DNA from: Syntrophomonadaceae bacterium
GTDB taxonomy: Bacteria > Bacillota > Dethiobacteria > DTU022 > UBA8154
Direction: 5' to 3'
DNA length: 55,872 nt
Assembly: GCA_003563385.1 (NCBI GenBank)
Contig: PWRZ01000101.1
Span: 1-55,872 of the forward strand
Shown in pieces: positions 27,676 through 37,910 of the stretch. Every line of letters begins with the position of its first letter. The stretch's first letter is position 1. A model generated the notes under the pieces. The model ran no database searches. It was not told where the DNA came from and worked only from the letters and a program-made list of their open reading frames with translations. The position numbers were made by a program, and so were the translations under genes.

Positions 27676-29433
27676 ATGGCTTTTGACGCTTTAGTTCTAA
27701 AAGCGATCGCCGGCGAAATCAATAATAAAGTTGTTGGGAGAAAGCTCCGGCTGTCAAAGGTCTTCCAGCTAAACGGCACCGACATGCTCTTCTACTTTCA
27801 AGGCCATAAAGAGCCCCTTTTTGTTTCCATTCACCCGGCGGGAGCGCGCCTCCATTTTAGCAGCCGCCACTACAGCCGCCCTCCTTCCCCGTCTCCTTTT
27901 TGTATGCTGCTGCGCAAGCACCTGGGCGGCGGCCTGCTCACTGCACTGAGGCAGCCCCCCCTGGAAAGAGTGCTTTACTTTGACTTCATCGTTAAAAACG
28001 AAGAGGGCCGGGAGGTGCATAAAACCCTGGCTGCTGAAATTATGGGCCGGCACAGCAACGTGGTACTGCTGGGCAGCCCCGACAGTGAAGGAAACCAGGT
28101 TATCCTGGGAATGCTGAAGCCCATTCCACCGTCCCTGAACCGTTTCCGCACCATACTTCCCCACCATATTTACTTCCCGCCGCCTCCTCAGGACAAACTG
28201 CATCCCTTTGCCCTCAATTACGGGGCCTTTGAACAGGAAATGGAGCGGTTCCTGGGATGGGCCGCCGGCAAGGCCCTGCTGGACAGTTTGCAGGGATTGA
28301 ACCCTTTCCTGGCAAAAGAAGCTGCCGCCAGGGCAAACAGCACCTTTATCTGCAGCGAGTCCATCCCCCGGCTGTGGGAAGCGCTGCAGGAACTGCTGCA
28401 GGTATATGATCAGGACAGGTGGACACCGCTGCTCCTCCACGACGGGGAGGAAAAACCGTCCGATTACACTGTCATAAAGCCGCTCCAGGAAACGGGCCCG
28501 CGGCGCTCATTCGAATCGACCAGTAGAATGCTGGACGAATTTTATGAATATAGGGAAAAGGTGGAGGGAAGAGAAAAACTGAGGCTTTTTCTGTCCAGGC
28601 AGGTAAGCCAGGCATTGGAAAAATGCAGGCAAAAAGAGAAGCTGCAGCAGGCCGAACTGGAACGTGCCCGGGAAGCCGGCTTCTACCGTCTCTGCGGGGA
28701 GCTGATCCTCTTAAATATCAACCGGATCCCACCGGAAAAAGCTGAAATAACCGTTGAAAATATCATCGAGGGCAAAAAGGGGGAAATGATCAACATACCC
28801 CTGGACCCCAGCCTTTCCCCCTCCCAAAATGCACAGCGTTATTTTAAAAAGTACCGCAAGAAGCGGCAGGGCATCAAGAAAATCGGCGCGCAGCTGCAGC
28901 GGAGAAAAAACGAGTCCCGCTACCTGGAAAGTGTCCTTTTTCCCCTGGAAAATGCCGGCTTAGAAGAGCTCAAAGAGATCAAAGAGGAGCTGGTTGAAAC
29001 CGGATACCTGCCCCCTGAAAAAAAACCGCGGCCTTCTGCAAAGACAGGCCCCGTCAACCTGTTGAAGTGTACATCCACGAGCGGGGAAGAAATATACGTG
29101 GGACGCAACAACAGGCAAAACGATTACCTGACCCTGAGCTTTGCAGCAAAGAGTGACTACTGGCTGCATGTTAGGGATATGCCCGGCGCCCATGTGGTTA
29201 TCAGGTCCGACGCTCCCGACAAAGAAACTATAAAAGAAGCCGCCCTTCTGGCGGCATACTTCAGCCGGGGTGCCTATTCTTCCAATGTCCCGGTCGACTA
29301 TACGAGGGTCAAAAACGTCCGGCGCATACCGGGATCCGGGCCCGGCATGGTAACCTATACCAACTACCGTACCGTCTATGTAACCCCGGAACCGGAAGCA
29401 GTGCAAAAGCTGTTCAAACTACAGCGGCGTTAG
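27676..29433 (+). CDS. rqcH: ribosome quality-control NFACT protein RqcH (FbpA/YloA)
   Basis: 585 aa. MAFDALVLKAI...KVFQ...LFVSIHPAGARLH N-terminus, a central coiled coil, and the C-terminal NFACT-R part HVRDMPGAHVVI...AALLAAYFS. Confidence 0.9.
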   Translation: MAFDALVLKAIAGEINNKVVGRKLRLSKVFQLNGTDMLFYFQGHKEPLFVSIHPAGARLHFSSRHYSRPPSPSPFCMLLRKHLGGGLLTALRQPPLERVLYFDFIVKNEEGREVHKTLAAEIMGRHSNVVLLGSPDSEGNQVILGMLKPIPPSLNRFRTILPHHIYFPPPPQDKLHPFALNYGAFEQEMERFLGWAAGKALLDSLQGLNPFLAKEAAARANSTFICSESIPRLWEALQELLQVYDQDRWTPLLLHDGEEKPSDYTVIKPLQETGPRRSFESTSRMLDEFYEYREKVEGREKLRLFLSRQVSQALEKCRQKEKLQQAELERAREAGFYRLCGELILLNINRIPPEKAEITVENIIEGKKGEMINIPLDPSLSPSQNAQRYFKKYRKKRQGIKKIGAQLQRRKNESRYLESVLFPLENAGLEELKEIKEELVETGYLPPEKKPRPSAKTGPVNLLKCTSTSGEEIYVGRNNRQNDYLTLSFAAKSDYWLHVRDMPGAHVVIRSDAPDKETIKEAALLAAYFSRGAYSSNVPVDYTRVKNVRRIPGSGPGMVTYTNYRTVYVTPEPEAVQKLFKLQRR

Positions 29434-29458
29434 CTGTAAAGACCGGCCTATTGGAAGG

Positions 29459-30936
<1,478 letters not shown>

Positions 30937-30954
30937 AATAATCCCGGGCCTTGT

Positions 30955-31410
30955 TCAGTCCTCGGAGCAGAGCATGTAATGACCGAGGTTGGCGATCAGC
31001 AGGAAAACACCGGCAACAATAGCTATATCGGCCACATTAAACACGGGCCAGATACGAAAATCAAGAAAATCAATAACATAGCCTGTCCTGACACGATCAA
31101 TAAGATTGCCGACGGCCCCTCCCAGCTGCAGGGCAAGGGCCAGGCGGATAAAATAATATCGCGGTGAAAAAAAATGAGCAGCAAGCAATATTAGCACAAC
31201 CATGATCAAAGAAACGACTATGAAGATATGGGTCCGGTATGCAAGAAGGCCAAAAGCAGCACCGGGATTGAGAACATATGTCAGGTGGAAAACATTGTCT
31301 ATTATGGGCCAGCTTTCACCTGGATTTAGCTTCAGGTCTATCCAGTTTTTGGTCAACTGGTCCAGGAGGATCACAGCAGCTGCCAGGAGAAAAAAATAAA
31401 AAATGCTCAT
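30955..31410 (-). CDS. lspA: lipoprotein signal peptidase II
   Basis: LDQLTK, FHLTYVLNPGAAFG and FNVADIAIVAG. Start set at ATG 31410 (GGGAGAAG 7 nt upstream) rather than the track TTG 31455. Confidence 0.92.
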   Translation of the reverse strand: MSIFYFFLLAAAVILLDQLTKNWIDLKLNPGESWPIIDNVFHLTYVLNPGAAFGLLAYRTHIFIVVSLIMVVLILLAAHFFSPRYYFIRLALALQLGGAVGNLIDRVRTGYVIDFLDFRIWPVFNVADIAIVAGVFLLIANLGHYMLCSED

Positions 31411-31474
31411 CCGAAACTTCTCCCGGTGCTTCCCGGCGACATGCCGTGTAAACAAACACTCCCCGGCTTCTCTA

Positions 31475-32023
31475 TCATTCTTCGTCGTCCCGCGATTCAG
31501 AAAGCCTGCCCCCTTTTTCGCTCCTATCTACACCCGCCGAAGCATCCTGCGGGGAAGAGGCTGTGCCGTAGCGGGCCACCTCTTCCCAGGAGTCCATTCT
31601 GCCAGGACGGTGGTTGTTCACTTCCGCCGGGCGATACTCTCCGTCCAACTTTTTTGTTTCTCCTTCCTGCGCCGCTTTACAGGCGATGCAAAAAGGTGTA
31701 TAGGGAACGGCTTCAAGCCTTTCCCGGCCGATGTCATTTCCGCATTTTAGACAGGTTCCGTAAGTGCCGCCCGCAATTCTTTGGAGGGCTTCATCTATGG
31801 CGTCCAGTTTATATACGCTCCTCCGGCGCAGCGATAAATCCTTGGAACGCTCATACTCTTCCGAGCCCGTGTCGGCCGGGTGATTGTCGATAAGGGAGAG
31901 CTCCTGCACACTATCCTTTAGAGAAGTATGACTTTCAGCTTCCTCGTGTGAGATAAGCTCCAAAACAGACTCTCTCTCTTTGTACAGCAGCCTTTCAAAA
32001 TAGCGGTAGTCCAGCTCGGCCAT
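31475..32023 (-). CDS. TraR/DksA-family C4 zinc-finger protein (YteA-like)
   Basis: An N-terminal coiled coil, then GTCLKCGNDIGRERLEAVPYTPFCIACK, and an acidic tail. Confidence 0.8.
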   Translation of the reverse strand: MAELDYRYFERLLYKERESVLELISHEEAESHTSLKDSVQELSLIDNHPADTGSEEYERSKDLSLRRRSVYKLDAIDEALQRIAGGTYGTCLKCGNDIGRERLEAVPYTPFCIACKAAQEGETKKLDGEYRPAEVNNHRPGRMDSWEEVARYGTASSPQDASAGVDRSEKGGRLSESRDDEE

Positions 32024-32037
32024 TATACTGCCCCCGT

Positions 32038-32352
32038 TTACAGGTAGTTGAGAACTATGCGTACCAGCTCGGCGATGAAATCTCCAATAACGGGAAGGTT
32101 TAAAACTACCAGCCTCTGCAGTAAATATAAAACAAAGGCCCCCAGTATGGTCATCCCGAGCGCTATACCGAACCCGCGGAAAAGCCCCGCTAAAAAGTTT
32201 ACCATTATAAAGCGCCGCGGATTGTTGAGCAGGTTCATATATTCAGCAAGGTTGAACTTTTCAAGCTGCTGGGACAGCTTCGCCAACCTGTCTACGACAG
32301 CCTGATTGTTTTCCTGCTCTACTTCCCCTGTGCTGCCCTCATCAGCAGACAA
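32038..32352 (-). CDS. small two-TM membrane protein, DUF5665-like
   Basis: 104 aa with NPRRFIMVNFLAGLFRGFGIALGMTILGAFVLYLLQ. TTG start preceded by GGTGGG. The family label is from memory only. Confidence 0.55.
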   Translation of the reverse strand: MSADEGSTGEVEQENNQAVVDRLAKLSQQLEKFNLAEYMNLLNNPRRFIMVNFLAGLFRGFGIALGMTILGAFVLYLLQRLVVLNLPVIGDFIAELVRIVLNYL

Positions 32353-32419
32353 AACCCACCACGGTCCCCTTCCAACAAAAACTCTCTGCCGGAGGCCGTA
32401 CTCAAAGCAACCCCGGTTT

Positions 32420-35257
32420 TCAAACTACTTTATCTTTCCATTCTTTTAAGATTTCCATGCAGCGGGAGCACACTTCGGGATACTCCTCCACGTGCCCGGT
32501 AGTAGTGCAGTATACCCAGCAGCGCTGGCATTTTTCGCCGCGGGCTCTCTGCACCTTAATGTGAAGGTTCATTTCATTTGCCTGCTCGCAATCTTCACCG
32601 GGCCGGACATCCGGGCCGTGCAGTATAGTTTCAGAAACGATCAAAACAGCCGCTAAAACAGGCTCGTAGGGCAGCAGCTTTTGATGCAGCTCTTTATCGG
32701 GATAAAGCTCCACCGAGGCCTGCAGGGAGTTACCAATCACCTTTTCTCTCCTTTTCTGCTCCAGTATCCTGTTGACCTCCTCTTTAAGCTGCAGGATGCT
32801 CTCCCAGCGTGCTTCCAGGGCTTCGTCCTCGTAGTAAGCGGGCAGTTCCGGCCAGGAGGCCAGCATTACGCTCTCTTCCTTTCGGAAAGTGATGTAAGAC
32901 CAGATCTCTTCCGCTGTAAATGAAAGAACGGGGGCCGTAAGCAGCGTCAGGGTACGCAGTATTTCGGCCATAACAGTCTGGGCACCCCTGCGCGAAATCG
33001 AACCCTGGGGCAGGATATAAAGACGGTCCTTGATGATATCGAGATAAAAATTGCTCATATCTACTACCGCAAAGTTATGCAGGGAGTGGAACACCTGATG
33101 AAACTCGTAGTTCTTATAAGCGCGTGCTGTTCTCTGTACCAGCCTGTAGAGACGGTGCAGGGCCCAGCGGTCTATTTCCTCCAGTTCGCTGTAGGCCACA
33201 GCATCGCGGGAAGGTTCAAAATCGCTGCAGTTGCCCAGCAGAAACCGGCACGTGTTTCTTATTTTCCGGTAGACCTCCGTCAGCTGTTTCAGTATATCCC
33301 TGGACAGGTGCACATCAGTGGTAATATCGGCGCTGGAAACCCACAGCCTCAGTATATCGGCGCCGTAATTATCGATTATATCCTCGGGTACAATAACATT
33401 GCCCAGGGACTTGGACATCTTTCGGCCCTCCCCGTCGACCACCCAGCCGTGGCTTAAAACACTCCTGTAAGGGGGCTCGCCGGTGGTGGATACAGAAGTG
33501 AGAAGGGAAGATTGAAACCACCCGCGGAACTGGTCGCTGCCTTCCAGGTACAGGTCTGCCGGCCAGTGCATTTCTTCCCTCTGTTTCAGGACCGCTTCGT
33601 GGCTGGACCCGGAATCAAACCACACGTCCATAATGTCCTGTTCCTTGGTGAAATTGCCTTGCCCGCAGGACGGGCAGCGGGTATGGGCAGGTAATATCTC
33701 CGCGGCATTGTAAATAAACCAGGCATCGGAACCCTCCCTGCGGAACAGCTCCGCCACTGCGGCGATGCTCTCCCCGGTGAGCAGGCTTTCCCCGCAGCCG
33801 CTGCAGTAAAATACCGGTATCGGAACGCCCCAGACACGCTGGCGGGAGATGCACCAGTCACCCCTGCCGGCAATCATGCCGGCCATGCGTGCTTCTCCCC
33901 ATGCCGGCATCCACTTCACTTTGCGGACTGCTTTCAGGGCCTCATCCCTGAAATGCTGTATGGAGGCAAACCACTGTTCCGTGGCCCGGAAAATAACTTC
34001 CTTTTTACAGCGCCAGCAGTGTGGATACTGGTGAGTAACAAAAGAGAGGTCCAAAAGGGCATTTTCCCTGTCCAGTGCCGAAGTGACGGCCTTGTTGCCC
34101 TCATCAAAGCGCAGCCCGGCAAATTCCCCCGCTTCAGGAGTGAATACCCCTTTCCCATCCAGCGGTGCATAAACAGGCAGATCGTAGCGGCGCCCGGTCT
34201 CATAGTCCTCCTGGCCGTGACCGGGGGCAATATGCACGCACCCTGTTCCCTGGTCCAGGGTGACGTACTCGGCTGAGAGAACGACTGATTCGCGCCCGTA
34301 AATAGGGTGACTGCATACCACCCCTTCGAGGTCGCTGCCCTTAAACTGGCGTAATACGGCTCCTTTTTTGCGCCCAATAACATCCAACACTTCTTCCACC
34401 AGGTTGGCAGCCAGCAGGTAATACTCTTTTTCAACCTCTACAAGGTAATAGGTATGCTGCGGGTGCACCGCTATGGCCAGGTTGGCCGGGATAGTCCAGG
34501 GGGTGGTAGTCCAGATAATTACATAAGCAGGGCTCCATTCACGCTCCCATCTGCCGCCGCTGTTGGTCACCGGGAACTTTACGTATATGGAGGGAGAGCG
34601 TTTTTCATAATATTCGACCTCCGCCTCCGCCAGCGCCGTCTCGCACTGGGAGCACCAGAACACGGGCTTTTTCCCCTTGTAAATGTAGCCCTTGTGGGCC
34701 ATCTGGCCGAATATTTCGACCTGCCTGGCCTCAAATGAATAGTCCATGGTAGTATAAGGGTTCTCCCAGTCGGCGACAACTCCCAGCCTCTGAAACTGCC
34801 CGCGCTGGACTCCAAGGTAATGCCGGGCATAATTCCCGCACGTGCGCCGGAAATCGAGGTCCCCTGTTTCCTCCCGTTTTACTTTCATGTTCTTAATAAC
34901 CTGGTGCTCAATGGGCAGGCCGTGCGTATCCCAGCCGGGGACAAAAGGAATATCAAAACCCTGCATAAACCTGTATTTATTGATTATATCTTTTAATACC
35001 TTGTTTAATGCAGTACCCATATGAATACTGCCGTTCGCATACGGGGGGCCGTCATGAAGAACGTACTTGTGCGCGCCGCTTCTTGCCTCTCTCATCTTAT
35101 TATATAGCGACATTTTATCCCAAAATTCGATCGTCTGAGGCTCCTTGCGCGGCAGCCCGGCTTTCATAGGAAAATCTGTTTTGGGAAGATTTAAAGTACT
35201 GCTGTAATCCATAATCATTTTCGCCCGGAAAAGTGCTAAAGCTAAAACCGGGCTCAT
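32420..35257 (-). CDS. ileS: isoleucine-tRNA ligase
   Basis: Class I motifs HMGTAL (HIGH) and KMSKS. CP1 editing domain. C-terminal zinc knuckles CQRCW...CSRC. ATG 35257 has AAAGGAGG 3 nt upstream. The homologue-like N-terminus MDYSSTLNLPKTDFPM begins at ATG 35212. Confidence 0.97.
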   Translation of the reverse strand: MSPVLALALFRAKMIMDYSSTLNLPKTDFPMKAGLPRKEPQTIEFWDKMSLYNKMREARSGAHKYVLHDGPPYANGSIHMGTALNKVLKDIINKYRFMQGFDIPFVPGWDTHGLPIEHQVIKNMKVKREETGDLDFRRTCGNYARHYLGVQRGQFQRLGVVADWENPYTTMDYSFEARQVEIFGQMAHKGYIYKGKKPVFWCSQCETALAEAEVEYYEKRSPSIYVKFPVTNSGGRWEREWSPAYVIIWTTTPWTIPANLAIAVHPQHTYYLVEVEKEYYLLAANLVEEVLDVIGRKKGAVLRQFKGSDLEGVVCSHPIYGRESVVLSAEYVTLDQGTGCVHIAPGHGQEDYETGRRYDLPVYAPLDGKGVFTPEAGEFAGLRFDEGNKAVTSALDRENALLDLSFVTHQYPHCWRCKKEVIFRATEQWFASIQHFRDEALKAVRKVKWMPAWGEARMAGMIAGRGDWCISRQRVWGVPIPVFYCSGCGESLLTGESIAAVAELFRREGSDAWFIYNAAEILPAHTRCPSCGQGNFTKEQDIMDVWFDSGSSHEAVLKQREEMHWPADLYLEGSDQFRGWFQSSLLTSVSTTGEPPYRSVLSHGWVVDGEGRKMSKSLGNVIVPEDIIDNYGADILRLWVSSADITTDVHLSRDILKQLTEVYRKIRNTCRFLLGNCSDFEPSRDAVAYSELEEIDRWALHRLYRLVQRTARAYKNYEFHQVFHSLHNFAVVDMSNFYLDIIKDRLYILPQGSISRRGAQTVMAEILRTLTLLTAPVLSFTAEEIWSYITFRKEESVMLASWPELPAYYEDEALEARWESILQLKEEVNRILEQKRREKVIGNSLQASVELYPDKELHQKLLPYEPVLAAVLIVSETILHGPDVRPGEDCEQANEMNLHIKVQRARGEKCQRCWVYCTTTGHVEEYPEVCSRCMEILKEWKDKVV

Positions 35258-35290
35258 AAGCCTCCTTTACATTTTTTATTTTTATGGCAC

Positions 35291-35322
35291 CAAAAAACAA
35301 AATCTCGTCATCTAGGGACGAG
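35291..35322 (-). terminator. T-box leader terminator
   Basis: Minus strand CTCGTC-cctagat-GACGAG followed by ATTTTGTTTTTT. Its 5' arm can pair instead with the T-box sequence just upstream to form the antiterminator. Confidence 0.8.
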
Positions 35323-35548
35323 AATATTCCCGCGGTACCACCCCGGTTGCTGCAGAAACCCCGGCCTGCAGCCTCTTAAAGCCTTAACGCGGCTCTAACG
35401 CCGGCTTCTACTCGTACCCAGGCGGGTACTTTGAAAGCAAGAACTCCCGGGTGATCTTCAACGCAGCCGCCTGCCGGTCTTCCACTATACCCGGCTCGCT
35501 GAAAAGGCACTCTCGCTATGCGCCTACTCTCCCGTTCACAGTCATAAC
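35291..35548 (-). promoter_or_regulatory. T-box riboswitch leader with Ile specifier (AUC), controlling ileS
   Basis: Minus strand carries the conserved T-box GGGTGGTACCGCGGG (35343-35329). Stem I elements are AGAGTA and CAGCGAGCCGGG...GTGGAAGACCGG. The specifier loop reads GAAG-AUC-A, with AUC at 35455-35453. A terminator follows. Confidence 0.85.
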
Positions 35549-35750
35549 AAATATTGTAACCAAAAAACGAAGATGAAATACCGTCCCGGTTAAAATCCAA
35601 TACGCAGCAAACACCGCGCCGGGACATTGGTGCCGGTTTATTTTGACATTGTTTATGAAAGACGAACTGGCGGCACAGGCAGGCGCCGCGAGCCGTAAGA
35701 CCGCCAGGCTTTACCCCGGGGTAAGCGGCAGCCGGCGCCACATTTTCATC

Positions 35751-36245
35751 CTAACCTGTATCCCTTGCCTCCTGTTCGGCCCCGTCCTCTTCCACATGCA
35801 GCCAATCTTCCAGTTCCAGTGAGGCCAGCTGGGCTTCAATGAAGGAACGGAAGCGCAGCTTGAACACCTGCACCTGCTTGTAGACTTCTTCCTGTTCAGC
35901 CAGTATGCGGCTGGCCTTGTAACGGGCCTCTTCGACAATGCGCTGCGCTTCTTTTTCAGCTTCCCGGCGCATTAACTCGGCCTCTTTACCGGCGTTTCGC
36001 TTTACATCTTCCGCTGTCTCCTGGGCTACAATTATGGAATTGTGCAGCGTATTTTCAAGCTTCTGGTACTGGGACAGCTTTTCTTCGAGGTGCTTGATTT
36101 TTTCTTCCAGGTTTAGCTTTTCCTTGACAACCTGTTCAAAGTCCTTCGCCGCACGCTCCAGGAATTCGTCAACTTCTTCCTGCCTGTAACCCCTGAAGGT
36201 CCTTTCAAATTCCTTGTTTTGAATATCAATCGGTGTAAGGCCCAC
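35751..36245 (-). CDS. divIVA: cell-division protein DivIVA
   Basis: (M)GLTPIDIQNKEFERTFRGYRQEEVDEFL N-terminus followed by a long coiled coil. GTG start with AAGGGGGAG upstream. Confidence 0.93.
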   Translation of the reverse strand: MGLTPIDIQNKEFERTFRGYRQEEVDEFLERAAKDFEQVVKEKLNLEEKIKHLEEKLSQYQKLENTLHNSIIVAQETAEDVKRNAGKEAELMRREAEKEAQRIVEEARYKASRILAEQEEVYKQVQVFKLRFRSFIEAQLASLELEDWLHVEEDGAEQEARDTG

Positions 36246-36366
36246 TATTACTCCCCCTTACTGTGCAATGTGCAAAATAACAGGCCAGTTAATCTCCATT
36301 AACTCCTCTTGAAGGGTTTTCGACAATTTTATCACTATTCCTGCTAATTTCCGCTGCGGTTTCATT

Positions 36367-37152
36367 TTAAAATATGCGGGAGATCATGACGTGGACTCTA
36401 CCCTTCCTGGTCTGACCGCCGGTGCTTGAGATTTCCACTCTTCCTTTGCCCGTAAGGGAGATAACATCGCCCACCTTGACCATCCTCGAAGGCTGCCTGA
36501 CAATCTGGTAGTTTACCTTGACCTGGCTGCCCTTGATCAGCGGCATTATCTTGGAGCGGGAAAGGCCGAACCCCAGCCCGGCAACTGCATCCAGCCTCAT
36601 GGAGGGCACTGTCCCTTTTATTTCCCTGACACGCCGGGTTTTCAACTCCTCGTCCAGCAAGCCGGCCTTTATCTCGCTTACCCGTATCGCGTACCGCCCT
36701 ACGCTTTGCAGGGACTGCCTTACGTAGGGGGCCTGTTCGGGCATTATAAAAACATAAGCCCTCTCTTTCCCGGGATACACTATGTCGCCGACCGCCTCGC
36801 GCCTGATGCCCAGTCCCAGCAGCGCTCCTAAAAAATCCCTGTGGCTCAGTATCCCTTCCGGAAAGCTGCCTTCGACAGCCAGGCAGGCAACCACTTCGCT
36901 CTCAAAATGAAGGGGGGGAGGGGTTGAAAAAACGCATATCCGCGCCCTTTCAGCCTCAGGATAGCCGCCCCAAAAAAAACACTTCAAGGAAGCATAATCA
37001 TCCAGCAGTTCCCTGGCTATCTGCTGCTGCCTGGGGTCGGCAAAGTGGGTACAGCGCCCTTTTTTATTCACTTCCACCGACTGCAGCAGGCCCTGAAAAT
37101 GCCGGGCCCATTTTTCCTCTCCTGGAAGGAGGTTAACCATTGAAGGAAGCAC
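36367..37152 (-). CDS. ylmH: YlmH, S4-domain RNA-binding protein of the division cluster
   Basis: About 260 aa with a C-terminal S4-like segment (MRLDAVAGLGFGLSRSKIMPLIKGSQVKVNYQIV). Sits between yggT and divIVA as in Bacillus. GTG 37152 or ATG 37140 are possible starts. Confidence 0.85.
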   Translation of the reverse strand: MLPSMVNLLPGEEKWARHFQGLLQSVEVNKKGRCTHFADPRQQQIARELLDDYASLKCFFWGGYPEAERARICVFSTPPPLHFESEVVACLAVEGSFPEGILSHRDFLGALLGLGIRREAVGDIVYPGKERAYVFIMPEQAPYVRQSLQSVGRYAIRVSEIKAGLLDEELKTRRVREIKGTVPSMRLDAVAGLGFGLSRSKIMPLIKGSQVKVNYQIVRQPSRMVKVGDVISLTGKGRVEISSTGGQTRKGRVHVMISRIF

Positions 37153-37158
37153 CCGCCT

Positions 37159-37437
37159 TTAAAGCAGACCGAATAAAATTCTACGTATTATGCTCAGTAC
37201 TATTATGGCTACAATGGGGGAGAGATCGAGATACCCGCCGCCGGCCCTTACGGGGGGAATAATACTGCGGAACGGCGCCAAAAAGGGCTCCGTGGCCTGG
37301 CGGAAAAAGTAGATAATGTTTTGGAAGGTGGGATTAACGTTATGATGGATGGGAAAAAAATTCAGTATTATCCGAATGAGAATAAAAAGATAGAGAATGT
37401 CGAAGAAAGCTTTGACAACGTTTTGAAGGAAAATAAT
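37159..37437 (-). CDS. yggT: YggT/YlmG family membrane protein (apparent ATT start)
   Basis: Not in the ORF track. The reverse strand gives 92 codons: (I)IFLQNVVKAFFDILYLFILIRIILNFFPIHHNVNPTFQNIIYFFRQATEPFLAPFRSIIPPVRAGGGYLDLSPIVAIIVLSIIRRILFGLL, then a stop. This is a YggT pattern, in the expected slot between sepF and ylmH. AAAGGAGGGG ends 5 nt before ATT 37437. No ATG, GTG or TTG lies between the upstream in-frame stop (37485-37483) and the conserved core. Confidence 0.8.
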   Translation of the reverse strand: MIFLQNVVKAFFDILYLFILIRIILNFFPIHHNVNPTFQNIIYFFRQATEPFLAPFRSIIPPVRAGGGYLDLSPIVAIIVLSIIRRILFGLL

Positions 37438-37456
37438 AAGCCCCTCCTTTCGGCCC

Positions 37457-37894
37457 TTATAACAACCTGTCGTCAGAATTTCTTATCAGGTAATCCCTCT
37501 CTGTAGAACGGCCCTGATAGGTGGAGTTTAGAACAATAGGAACGGCCGAAAATACAAAAATGTTATGGCTGATCTTTTCAGAACTGCCGTTTAAGGCAAA
37601 TACAATTCCACTCAAAAAATCTATTACCCTTTTGGCCTCGCCCGAATCCATATTCTCCAGGTTAACCACGACCGATTTCTTGTTTTTAATCTGCCCCCCT
37701 ATTTCTTCTGCCTCGGCGAAGCTGGAGGGGTTGTTAACAATCAACCTGTGGCTCTCCTCGGCAGAAGGCAGCCCGACAACATTGCCTTTTTTCCAAGTCT
37801 GCTTTGAAGAAAAAGCATGGACCTCCGGTTCATCTTTTTCTTCATCCTCTTCCAGCAAACCGATTGTTTTTAATATTTTTTCCCAGAAAGTCAT
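37457..37894 (-). CDS. sepF: cell-division protein SepF
   Basis: MTFWEKILKTIGLLEEDEE N-terminal amphipathic helix and a conserved core VVNLENMDSGEAKRVIDFLSG. Start at ATG 37894 (AAGAGG upstream). The track extension overlaps yggS. Confidence 0.92.
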   Translation of the reverse strand: MTFWEKILKTIGLLEEDEEKDEPEVHAFSSKQTWKKGNVVGLPSAEESHRLIVNNPSSFAEAEEIGGQIKNKKSVVVNLENMDSGEAKRVIDFLSGIVFALNGSSEKISHNIFVFSAVPIVLNSTYQGRSTERDYLIRNSDDRLL

Positions 37895-37910
37895 AAATCT
37901 ACCTCTTTCT

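Noticed and set aside
35376-35741. A 121-aa minus-strand ORF in the divIVA-ileS intergenic region.
   Set aside because: It runs straight through the T-box leader, including stem I, the specifier and the T-box sequence, which accounts for the region. The Cys/Arg-rich translation looks non-protein-like.
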